64,000 nt of DNA from an uncultured Gemmatimonadales bacterium (GTDB lineage Bacteria > Gemmatimonadota > Gemmatimonadetes > Longimicrobiales > RSA9), in assembly GCA_963783305.1 (NCBI GenBank), contig CAWAMW010000015.1:55767-119766 (forward strand), given 5' to 3'. The notes beneath the pieces are model-generated. The model worked only from the letters and a program-made list of their open reading frames with translations. It was not told the origin of the DNA and searched no databases. The position numbers were made by a program, and so were the translations under genes. Below, piece by piece: positions 8,785 through 17,633 of this stretch. The first letter of the stretch is position 1. Each line of letters opens with the position of its first letter.

Positions 8785-10338
8785 TCAGGCGTCCGGCGAC
8801 GCGGCCACCCTTCGGAAGGTCGCGAAGCCCGGGATCGTCAGCTCCCCGACCGTGCCGGCGGCGTCCAGCGCAAACGTCACGTCATCATGGCCGTATCCGG
8901 CCCGCCGCCAGGTGGCGCGGAACGTGTCGAAGTGCCAGTGCCCGAGGTCGGCCACGTAGTCGGCGGAATAATGCAGCACGAGCCCACCCTCCTCCATGGT
9001 GACGCGGACATCGCCGAAGAGGCGGTCGCGGTATGTGCCGGTGTATTCCTCCAGCGGCAGCGACGGCCGGGTGTCCAGCACACGCGCTGCGTCGTGTTCC
9101 GCCGACCGCTCCTCCGAGCGTTCCGCGGAGCGCGTGGAGAGGGCCAGGTACTCCGCGCTCCAGTCGGTTTCAGGGACGCCCAGAAGGGCATCGAACACGC
9201 GGAACATGAGGGCCGTCTGGAGTTGACTCGAGCTCAGATTCGCCAGCACCACGACCGCGATCCCCTCCTCCGGTATCATGGCCACCTGCGTCCGCATGAA
9301 GTTCACCGCGCCGGTGTGCTGGACGATCTTGTGGCCGTGGTAGTCCTGCATACGCCAGCCGAGCCCGTACGCGCGGAAGTGGGTGGACGGGAACATCCGA
9401 CGATCGACGCTGTCGCTTGACATGACCATCTGCGGCTCGTGCATTTCCGCGATGGCGGCTGAATCGAGAAGTCGGCGTCCTTCGAACTCGCCGTAGTTCA
9501 GCTGGAGCCGGAGCCACTGCGCCATCTCCCACGCGCTGGAGAAGACGGAGCCGGCGGGCCCGAGGGCATCGTAGTCGCGATGATCGATGGCTATGACTCG
9601 ACCATCGGAAAGCACGTGTGAGCCGGACACGTTGTCGCGCCGGGCGACCACAGCGGACCGGGGCGTGCTGCGCTCCATCCCCAGGGGCTCGAACAGGCGC
9701 GTCTCGATGAACGTGGCCCACGGCACGCCCGCCGCCGCCGCCAGCACCTCGCCCGCCACCATGTACATGATGTTGTTGTAGCCGTACCCGCCCCTGAACT
9801 CGCTCGACTGCGGGAGGTATCGCGCCCGCCGCACGATCTCCGCGCGATCGAAGGGCGCCGCGATCCACACGTTGTCGCTCCTGGAGACGCCCGTGCGGTG
9901 CGTCAGCAGATCGCGGATGGTCACGTGACGCGTGACGAACGGGTCCTCCAGCTGGAACTCGGGGAGGTAGCGGGTGACGGGGTCGTCCCAGTCGAGGACG
10001 TCTTCCGACACCAGCATCCCGAGGCCGGCCACGGTCATTGCCTTGGTGGTGGACGCGATGGCGAAGAGCGTGTGCTCGTCCACGGGAGCGCCGGAGCCAA
10101 GACGGCGCTCACCGAATCCCCGCGCATATACCACCCGGTCGTCCTGCACCACGGCAATGGCCAGTCCGGGGATCTCCCACTCCCGGACGGCCTGCTCGAT
10201 GTACGAGTCCAGCCCCGACAGGCGCTCGGGCACCGTGGGTGCGGCCGGGAGCGTGGCCACCTGCGCCGACACGGGCGAGCCCAGGAACAGCCCCAGGAGC
10301 AGCAGCAGAACAGGACGAACGCGATCTATGGCTTGCAT
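8785..10338 (-). CDS. secreted serine hydrolase, beta-lactamase/transpeptidase-like (class C / D-aminopeptidase-like fold)
   Basis: ATG at 10338 follows GGAGAA. The signal peptide is MQAIDRVRPVLLLLLGLFLGSPVSAQV. The SxxK motif is in FAIASTTKAMT, with YNN in YGYNNIMY. An extra C-terminal lipocalin-like domain is present. It is last in the SusC-SusD-M14 co-directional run. Confidence 0.85.
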   Translation of the reverse strand: MQAIDRVRPVLLLLLGLFLGSPVSAQVATLPAAPTVPERLSGLDSYIEQAVREWEIPGLAIAVVQDDRVVYARGFGERRLGSGAPVDEHTLFAIASTTKAMTVAGLGMLVSEDVLDWDDPVTRYLPEFQLEDPFVTRHVTIRDLLTHRTGVSRSDNVWIAAPFDRAEIVRRARYLPQSSEFRGGYGYNNIMYMVAGEVLAAAAGVPWATFIETRLFEPLGMERSTPRSAVVARRDNVSGSHVLSDGRVIAIDHRDYDALGPAGSVFSSAWEMAQWLRLQLNYGEFEGRRLLDSAAIAEMHEPQMVMSSDSVDRRMFPSTHFRAYGLGWRMQDYHGHKIVQHTGAVNFMRTQVAMIPEEGIAVVVLANLSSSQLQTALMFRVFDALLGVPETDWSAEYLALSTRSAERSEERSAEHDAARVLDTRPSLPLEEYTGTYRDRLFGDVRVTMEEGGLVLHYSADYVADLGHWHFDTFRATWRRAGYGHDDVTFALDAAGTVGELTIPGFATFRRVAASPDA

Positions 10339-10390
10339 GGTTCTCCAGTACCCTCGGTAGGTGAACAGTTCTCCGCAGGCGGCTCGCCGG

Positions 10391-11731
10391 CTACGGTCGC
10401 TCGGGTGCCCCGCCTTCCATGCGGTAGCGTACACGTTTGCCGAGCGGGTCCTCGGCAATGACGAAATGGGCGGGCGCGTTCAGCGCCAGCCCGCCGGCAG
10501 AGTCGAGCGCCTCCTGAAGAGGGACGAGAAAGAGCCCATCCACGCGCAGCGTGTCCTGGGCCAGGGTGCCCTCCAGATCGCCAATGTCGCGGATCGTCCC
10601 GCCGCGCCTCAGCAGCGACTCCTCGTAGCCGATGAGGACGTCCGCCTCCAGGAGCGGAAGCCCGGGCACCGCGATGGTGCCACCGGTGATGAGCAGCTCC
10701 TCGGGCTGGGGTCCGTTCTCCGGCAGGGCCTGGTAGTCGGCGATGTCGTACGCTCCGTAGGACCCGGTTGCTATGGCCTGGAGCCCGCTCAGGATGGCGA
10801 CGAAGTTGGCTCGCCGCAGATGCTGCTTCTGCGGGTCGTCACGCCAGCCGCCGGCCTCGATGAGCACGGTGCTGGCGCCCCAGGCGCCCACCAGGTCGCC
10901 GAAGGCCCGTGGATTGAACGTGTCGTCGTAGCGCGCCACATGGCCCCCGACCAGCGGCTCCAGCGCCCGCGCCATGACGGCGGCCACCTGCATCGCCCGG
11001 TGCCGCTTCCCATCAATGTCACGAGCCTCGTTGAACGCCGGAGCCAGGAGCGCGATCGCGACCTGCTTCCCCGTGTCGCCCACCCGCGTGGCCGGACTCT
11101 GATCGTGCAGGTTGAAACCGAAATCCGGCTGGACCACATCCCGGACCGCCTTCAGGATTCGACCCTCCGGAGTCTGGAGCCGCCGCGCGTCCCGGTTGAT
11201 GTCGATCCCCTGCGCGTTCCGCCGCTGGAATCGCGCGGCGCCATCGGGGTTCAGGATCGGCACGATATGGATCGTGGCGCCCTCCGCCAGCCGACGGGCC
11301 ATGGGGTGGTCCGGCTCCTCGTGGAGAAATCGGAGGAGGTCGGCGAGGGCCATGGTGGCCGTGCTCTCGTCCCCGTGCATCTGCGACCACAGGAGCACGC
11401 GAACGGGACCCGAGCCGTAGGTGATCCTGCGGATCTCCCGGCCTTCGGCGCTGGTCCCCGCCACCTCGACCTGGAACGACTCCAGGTACGGATCCACCGC
11501 GTCCCAGAACGCGGAGGGCTGGAAGCGGCGGTCCTCCAGACCCGGCACCCGCACGGTCTCATGGAGCCGGATGAGGTCTTCTGATTCGGTCGATATGGTC
11601 ATTTCGGAAGGGTTCGATGCGGGCGATGGGGCCCGCACTCCGGCGCAGCCGGAGGCAACGAGTGCGGTGGTCCCTGCCGCGGCCATTCTCGCGGCGAGTC
11701 GGACGGTGCGCGAGCGCATGGTATGGCGCAT
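10391..11731 (-). CDS. M14 family zinc carboxypeptidase lipoprotein
   Basis: ATG at 11731 follows AGGAGA. The lipobox is LVASGCAG. Zinc ligands are in SQMHGDES (HxxE) and NLHDQ. ILNPDGA and DINRD match M14 signatures. Confidence 0.85.
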   Translation of the reverse strand: MRHTMRSRTVRLAARMAAAGTTALVASGCAGVRAPSPASNPSEMTISTESEDLIRLHETVRVPGLEDRRFQPSAFWDAVDPYLESFQVEVAGTSAEGREIRRITYGSGPVRVLLWSQMHGDESTATMALADLLRFLHEEPDHPMARRLAEGATIHIVPILNPDGAARFQRRNAQGIDINRDARRLQTPEGRILKAVRDVVQPDFGFNLHDQSPATRVGDTGKQVAIALLAPAFNEARDIDGKRHRAMQVAAVMARALEPLVGGHVARYDDTFNPRAFGDLVGAWGASTVLIEAGGWRDDPQKQHLRRANFVAILSGLQAIATGSYGAYDIADYQALPENGPQPEELLITGGTIAVPGLPLLEADVLIGYEESLLRRGGTIRDIGDLEGTLAQDTLRVDGLFLVPLQEALDSAGGLALNAPAHFVIAEDPLGKRVRYRMEGGAPERP

Positions 11732-11825
11732 GGTCTCCTGACGTGCGAGGACGCGTGGGCAAAGCGAACGGCCCCGCCCCGTGGGGGCGGAGCCGTCGCG
11801 TTGCTGCCCCGGCCGGCGGAGGGGA

Positions 11826-13268
11826 TCAGCTCCCCATCCACCAGACCGGGCTGTTCAGTGTGGCGCCGCCCTGCCGCGCCTTCGCGGCTTCCACCGCGGT
11901 CCGGTTCAGCGACTCCTCGAGACCGGGGTAGAACAGACGCACCGGGATCCGGCCGTCGTTCAGCGCGTCCGGCCCCGCCACGAGCGCCGGGACACCCGTG
12001 CGCCGCCACTCGGCGTACGCCTCGGCACCATTGCCGAACAGGGCGATCCACTTCTGCAGCGCGATCTGGTCGAGGCCCTCGGCGTCACCCTGGTAGGCGA
12101 TCTCCGGCTGCGCCAGGTACGCCGTGATTTCGGCGTCATCGATCCCGTTGAACTCCATGGCCGCCCGGATGCCGGCGGCGTACAGCGTCGCGGCATCGCC
12201 ACCGATCCACTCGCGCTCCGCCGCCTCAGCCTGCAGGAGCAGAAGCTCGGCGTAGCTCATGAGCACGCCCGGTGAGTCGGCGCTGCTGTAGAAGGTGCCA
12301 ATGAGCGATACCTTGTCGAGCGGCGGGTCGACGATGACCCCGTTCGGGGCGCCCCAGTACTCGCCGTCGGAGTTGGTCTGGGCGTAGACCGCCAGCCGCG
12401 GGTCGTCCAGCCCTCGCAGCGTCTCGATCATGGTCTCACTGACCGAGTGGTCGTTCCGGCCGAGCATGTACTCGTGGATCGGATGCCGGTTCAGGCCGTT
12501 GTCTACGTACCAGAGGATCGCGTTGTCAGCGTTCGACTGGAACCCGCCGCCGGCGAACGCGTCAGCGAACTCCAGAGCGGCCACCCCCGGCTCCACCTCC
12601 GACATCCGCATGGCCACGCGCATGCGCAGGGAGTTGGCGAACCTCTCCCACCTCTCCATGTCGCCGTCGTAGATGAGATCGGCCGAGCCGATCGTGAGTC
12701 CGTCCGGATCGACCATGTCCGCGGCCGCCCCGAGCTCCTCGAGGAACGCGTGATACACGTCCTGCTGGGGATCGTAGCTGACCGTGAGGTCGCTGCCGAT
12801 CTCGCGGCCGTTGAGCGCCGCGGAATACCCGATGTCACCCCACAGGTCCGTGACCACCTGGGCGGTCCACACCTTCATCACCATCCCCATGGCCACGGTA
12901 TTCGGCCGATCGTCCTCCTGGCCCTTCCGGATCACCTCCTGGAAGTCCTCCAGCGGACCCGAGTAGAACCCGGACCACTGACCGTCCACCCGCGAGTCGG
13001 TGAGCTCGTACCGGTCCTCGATCGTGTACTCGTGCTCCACGTAGTGCTGCGCCCACAGACCCGCCAGGTCCAGGTTGACCGAGTTGCCGATCACCCGGCT
13101 CACGGACGCTTCCACCGCGTTCGCGAACAGGTACGAGGCGCTCACGTCCACCGGGTCGTTCGGGTTCTCGTTCAGCTCCGCGAGCCCCGAGTCACACCCT
13201 ACGGCGGTCAGCGCCACGAGTCCCGCAGCGCCCCACCCCTTCAGTCTCTTCATCGTATGTATCATCAT
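11826..13268 (-). CDS. SusD/RagB family nutrient-binding outer-membrane lipoprotein
   Basis: The lipobox is LTAVGCDSG. The C-terminal QKWIALFGNGAEAYAEWRRTGVPAL is the typical SusD-like signature. It sits 22 bp downstream of the SusC-like gene. Start is 13268 or 13253. Confidence 0.85.
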   Translation of the reverse strand: MMIHTMKRLKGWGAAGLVALTAVGCDSGLAELNENPNDPVDVSASYLFANAVEASVSRVIGNSVNLDLAGLWAQHYVEHEYTIEDRYELTDSRVDGQWSGFYSGPLEDFQEVIRKGQEDDRPNTVAMGMVMKVWTAQVVTDLWGDIGYSAALNGREIGSDLTVSYDPQQDVYHAFLEELGAAADMVDPDGLTIGSADLIYDGDMERWERFANSLRMRVAMRMSEVEPGVAALEFADAFAGGGFQSNADNAILWYVDNGLNRHPIHEYMLGRNDHSVSETMIETLRGLDDPRLAVYAQTNSDGEYWGAPNGVIVDPPLDKVSLIGTFYSSADSPGVLMSYAELLLLQAEAAEREWIGGDAATLYAAGIRAAMEFNGIDDAEITAYLAQPEIAYQGDAEGLDQIALQKWIALFGNGAEAYAEWRRTGVPALVAGPDALNDGRIPVRLFYPGLEESLNRTAVEAAKARQGGATLNSPVWWMGS

Positions 13269-13290
13269 GTCTGTACCGTGGATTCGGGGG

Positions 13291-16200
13291 TCAGGGCGTG
13301 AGAACGACGGAGAATCCGAACGTCCGGGCCGTGGGCATCTGGGCGTACTCGAAGCCCTGTACGTTGCCCGAGTTGAACGCGGTCTCGGGGTCGATATGCG
13401 GCACGTCCGACCACAGGGCCAGGTTCCGGCCGACGAAGGCCACCTCAGCCGCCGCCACCCGCAGCCGTTCCGTCCAGGCCGCCGGCAGTCTGAAGCCCAC
13501 GCGGACCTCGCGCAGCTTCATGTACGTGGCGTCGTACGTGTGCGCCTCGGTGATCCCACCCAGGCCGCGCCAGTAGTCCTGGGCGTCCACGACGATGTCG
13601 TTCGGGACCGTGTCGCCATCGACGACCATCACGCCCGGCACGACGAGCCCGCCGCCCTCTTCGGGCGTACGGCCGTTCTCGCGGCCCTGGAGCGTTTCGA
13701 TCAGCACGCCCGACCGCTGGCCATACCGGTTCGTCATCGAGTAGACCAGGCCGCCCTGCTGCCCGTCCAGAAGCACGTGGGCAGAGAACGGACCGTACTC
13801 GAACCGGTTGCGTAGCCCCCAGCTCCAGTCCGGGTTGTAGTTGCCCAGCAGTCCGTTCGGGTTCTCCGACGAGTTGAGTGGGCGGCCGTTGCTGCCGACC
13901 ACCACGTTGCCCTGGCTGTCGCGGACGTATTTGCGCCCGTACATCGCGCCGTAGGGCTCACCCACGCGGGCCTCGACGCTCACGCCGTAGTAGGTGTCCA
14001 GAACCAGCGTCTCCAGGCCCTTGGCCAGCTCCACCACTTCGTTGCTGTTCCGGCTGTACGTGGCGCTCGTCTCCCAGCGGAACCCGTTGTCGAGCCGGAC
14101 CGGGACCGCGTCCACCATGACCTCGATGCCCCGGTTCGAGATGGTCCCGGCGTTCATGACCCGGGAGGTGAAGCCGGTGAGCGGCGTGACCTCGACGGGC
14201 ACGATCTGGTTGCTGGTCTCGGCGTTGTAGTACGTCAGATCGAAGCCCAGCCGGTCCTGCAGGAATCGCATCTCACCGCCGATCTCCCACGACTCCGTTT
14301 GCTCCGGCTTCAGGTTGAAGTTGCGCAGGCGGTTGCTCGCGGTGAAGCGGGGCTGGCTGTTGAACGGCTGGTCCGCCAGGTACGGATCCACGAGCTGGTA
14401 CGCCGCAGCGTCGTTACCGACCTGCGCCCAGCCGACCCGCAGCTTGGCGTAGCCGGCGTACGGCAGGTCCACCAGATCGCTCACGATCAGGCTCGACGAA
14501 ATGGACGGATAGAAGTACGAGTTGTTGCTCTCCGGCAGCGTCGACGACCAGTCGTTGCGCGCCGTCGCCTCGACGAACCACACGTCACGGAACCCGAAGT
14601 TGGCCGCGCCGTACAGGCTGTTGACCCGCGTCTCCTCGCGGTAGTCGGACATGCTCGGCGTGACGGCCGCGTTGCCCAGGTCGTAGAGCCCTGGCACGAC
14701 CAGCTCGCTCGCGTATGCACCCAGCGAGTTGTAGTTGTTGTCCCGGCGGCTGCCGCCGAAGTTGCCGCTCAGCGACATCCCCTCGAGCCCCGGCATCTGT
14801 GCGCTCAGCAGGAAGTCCAGGTTGGTCTCCTGCCGGGAGATCGACGTCTCACCGAATGCCCCCGTGGGCGACGAAACCGACTTGGTCCCGGCGGCGAAGA
14901 CGTTCTTCCGATGCTCGCTGGACACGTCGGTCCCTCCCCGGAGCATCAGGTCGAGCCACGGCATGAAGCCGTAGGTCACCGAGCCGCTCCCGATGAAGCG
15001 GTTCCGGTCGTCCCAGTTGCGGTCCTCGAGCTGCGTCCAGTACGGGTTGTTGTTCCACCGCGTGTTCCAGTTGAACTGACTCCCGTCAGGGTTGTACCGA
15101 CGCGCACGCAGCAGGTCGGTGTCCACCTGGCGGCCGAACCACACGAACTGCCACATCACATTGTCCTCCCCGTATCCCTGCGCCGGCCGGTTCTCGGCCC
15201 CGGCGTTCAGGTACTGGAGTGACGCGTCCGCCCGCAGCCGGTCCGCGAGGTTGGCGCCACCGCTCACGGACACCGTGGTCCGCTCCTGCTTGAAGCCCGG
15301 CAGCATCCCGTCCTGGTTCAGGTTGGCCAGCGACAGTCGCACGCTCGCGTTCTGGTCGCCGGCGGCCAGGGAGACGCTGTTGTTCATCGTCAGCCCGGTC
15401 TCGAAGAAATCCTCGACGTTGCCCGGGTGCGAGTTGAACGGGGCCGGCTCATCCCCGTAGAGGGGCTGGACGATCATCTCGCCGGCATCGAGCTTCGGGC
15501 CCCAGCTCTCGTCCCACGTGGCGCCGTAGCTGCCCCGGGAGCCCTGGCCGTACATGTTCTGGTACTCGGGAAGCTTGAGCGGCGTCTCGAACGTGATGTC
15601 CGACCGCGCCGTGATCCCGGAGCCCGTCCCTTGCACGCCCTTCTTGGTGGTGATGATCACCGCACCGTTGGCGGCCCGCGAGCCGTAGAGCGCCGCCGCG
15701 TTCGGCCCCTTCAGGACCGAGATCGACTGGATGTCGTTCGGGTTCAGGTCCTGGACCAGGTTGCCGTAATCAATGGCGTTGTAGCCGCGCGTCCCGTCCG
15801 TGGACGCCGCGTTGCTCACTGGCACGCCGTCCAGCACGAACAGCGGCTGGTTGTTGCCGGTGAGGGAGTTCACGCCGCGGATCACCATCCGTGCCGATCC
15901 GCCCGGCGTGTTCGAGCTCCGGATGTGGACGCCGGAGATCTTGCCGGTGAGCGAGCTCACCAGGTTCGATTCGGGCGCGCGCGACAGCTCTTCACCACTC
16001 AGCGACTGCACCGCCGTGGTCAGCTCCCGGCGTGGCCGCTCGATCCCCAGCGCCGTCACCACGATCCCGTCCAGGGCCACGGCCTCCTCGGAGATCCGGA
16101 AGTCGACCCGGACCGTCTCGCCCGACCGCACGTCCGCCGTGTGCGTCAGGTCCGCGTAGCCGATGGACTGTGCCACTACCTCCACCGCGCCTGCCGGTAC

Positions 16201-16440
16201 GCCGGCGATGCGGTAGCGGCCGGCGCGGTCCGAAAGCGTGCCAAGCTCGGATCCCACCACGGAGATCTGCACGTTGCTCAGCGGCGCCCCGGTGGTGGCA
16301 TCGGTCACCTCACCCAGGATCATGCCGGTCTGCGCCTGCGCTTCAGCGGCACCGGCGGCAAAGGTGAGGATGCCGGCCAGCAGCATGCCGAGCACGGACG
16401 GCAGGCCTCCTGCTCTCCAGCTCGTACGGGATAGACTCAT
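13291..16440 (-). CDS. SusC/RagA family TonB-linked outer membrane protein
   Basis: ATG at 16440 follows AGGAGGAGCC. After the signal peptide comes a carboxypeptidase-regulatory-like domain (GMILGEVTDATTGAPLSNVQISVVG), then a plug domain with NNQPLFVLDGVPV, a roughly 1000-aa barrel, and the C-terminal TARTFGFSVVLTP. Confidence 0.9.
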   Translation of the reverse strand: MSLSRTSWRAGGLPSVLGMLLAGILTFAAGAAEAQAQTGMILGEVTDATTGAPLSNVQISVVGSELGTLSDRAGRYRIAGVPAGAVEVVAQSIGYADLTHTADVRSGETVRVDFRISEEAVALDGIVVTALGIERPRRELTTAVQSLSGEELSRAPESNLVSSLTGKISGVHIRSSNTPGGSARMVIRGVNSLTGNNQPLFVLDGVPVSNAASTDGTRGYNAIDYGNLVQDLNPNDIQSISVLKGPNAAALYGSRAANGAVIITTKKGVQGTGSGITARSDITFETPLKLPEYQNMYGQGSRGSYGATWDESWGPKLDAGEMIVQPLYGDEPAPFNSHPGNVEDFFETGLTMNNSVSLAAGDQNASVRLSLANLNQDGMLPGFKQERTTVSVSGGANLADRLRADASLQYLNAGAENRPAQGYGEDNVMWQFVWFGRQVDTDLLRARRYNPDGSQFNWNTRWNNNPYWTQLEDRNWDDRNRFIGSGSVTYGFMPWLDLMLRGGTDVSSEHRKNVFAAGTKSVSSPTGAFGETSISRQETNLDFLLSAQMPGLEGMSLSGNFGGSRRDNNYNSLGAYASELVVPGLYDLGNAAVTPSMSDYREETRVNSLYGAANFGFRDVWFVEATARNDWSSTLPESNNSYFYPSISSSLIVSDLVDLPYAGYAKLRVGWAQVGNDAAAYQLVDPYLADQPFNSQPRFTASNRLRNFNLKPEQTESWEIGGEMRFLQDRLGFDLTYYNAETSNQIVPVEVTPLTGFTSRVMNAGTISNRGIEVMVDAVPVRLDNGFRWETSATYSRNSNEVVELAKGLETLVLDTYYGVSVEARVGEPYGAMYGRKYVRDSQGNVVVGSNGRPLNSSENPNGLLGNYNPDWSWGLRNRFEYGPFSAHVLLDGQQGGLVYSMTNRYGQRSGVLIETLQGRENGRTPEEGGGLVVPGVMVVDGDTVPNDIVVDAQDYWRGLGGITEAHTYDATYMKLREVRVGFRLPAAWTERLRVAAAEVAFVGRNLALWSDVPHIDPETAFNSGNVQGFEYAQMPTARTFGFSVVLTP

Positions 16441-16779
16441 GGCTCCTCCTGGTGGGGGTGTCGGGTTTCCGGACCATACAGACGGCCGGGGGCGAGTGGC
16501 TCTGTGCCCAGTCTCGTCGGGGGATCGCATTGGTCGGTTTCTCACTGTTTAGGAGGCGGGTCTGACAGAGTGGAGCCCGCCGCAGGGTACCGCCGAGTGC
16601 GCAGCCTCTTAGTAGGAAGATTGGAGAGAAATTGGCCGCGCCTCGGACGTGAGACAGAATAATGAACTCCCGTCTATAAATGCAACAGCAGTCCGGGAGC
16701 GGAGCGCTCCCCCGCCGGCCACATGGCGTGCCTCGTGCATGCTGAGCCGCCACGCCATGACGACCCGAATCCCGGAACC

Positions 16780-17616
16780 ATGATCGACCTGCGCACTGCC
16801 GCAACGGCCACTCTCGTCCTCTCCACCCTGGTGGCCTGCACCGGGAAAGGCGATGCCGACCCGGACCCGGACACCGCTGTCTGCCTTCAGGGCGGCCCCT
16901 TCAACGTGGATGGAGAACTACCGGTCGACGGGACCGCAGCTCCGACCGAGGCTCCGCTCGAGATCTCGGGCCTGCGCTGGGATCGACACGTCGGCTGCGA
17001 GCGTTTCGTGGTCGACCTGGCCCGGGAGAACGGTGGGACCGCGGTGGCGGCGGGGCCGGTGGACGTGAAGCTACTGAGAGCGCTTGGCGTGGTGCGGATC
17101 CGGCTGGAGCGAGCGGAGACGGTGCGCAGTGATGCTACCGACTCCCGGTTCGACGGCCCGCTGGCCCGCGCGGCCTACGTGGTGCGTGCGCCGGGGGGAA
17201 GCGGCATGTTCGTGGACGTGCATCTGGCGGGGCCGACGGAAGCCCGGGCGCTGCTGCTCACGGACCCGGCACGCGTGGTGGTCGACCTGCGCCCGGGGGG
17301 AGGCGATCTGGCCGCGCCGGCGGCGGCCGGCCAGCGGGTCGTGATTCTGGAGCCGAGAGCGGGCACGGCGTCGTACCCGCTCACCGTACGGGGCTACGCG
17401 CGCACATTCGAGGCGAACGTCGTGGCGCGCCTCGAGGCCTCGGGAGAGACGGTCGCCCAGGAAGTGACCACGGCCACGGGCTGGGCCGACGCCTGGGGCT
17501 ACTACTCGCTCACCATCCCCGACGGACCCGTGGGTCTGATGCGACTGCGGGTGGGCGAGCACTCCGCGCGTGATGGCACCTGGGAAGGGGTTTCCGTCGA
17601 GCTGGACATGAGATGA
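16780..17616 (+). CDS. lipoprotein with C-terminal Gmad2-type immunoglobulin-like domain
   Basis: ATG at 16780. The lipobox is LSTLVACTG. The C-terminal YPLTVRGYARTFEANVVARLEASGETV..GWADAWGYYSLTI..LRVGEHSARDG resembles the Gmad2 Ig-like domain (assignment from memory). Confidence 0.6.
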   Translation: MIDLRTAATATLVLSTLVACTGKGDADPDPDTAVCLQGGPFNVDGELPVDGTAAPTEAPLEISGLRWDRHVGCERFVVDLARENGGTAVAAGPVDVKLLRALGVVRIRLERAETVRSDATDSRFDGPLARAAYVVRAPGGSGMFVDVHLAGPTEARALLLTDPARVVVDLRPGGGDLAAPAAAGQRVVILEPRAGTASYPLTVRGYARTFEANVVARLEASGETVAQEVTTATGWADAWGYYSLTIPDGPVGLMRLRVGEHSARDGTWEGVSVELDMR

Positions 17617-17633
17617 GTCGTCCCCGCCGCTGA

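Noticed and set aside
10361-16434. Long plus-strand ORFs at 10361..11584, 12447..13301, 13075..13815, 14299..15222 and 15427..16434
   Set aside because: All are antisense to the M14, SusD and SusC genes, which carry strong family motifs. These are typical high-GC shadow ORFs.
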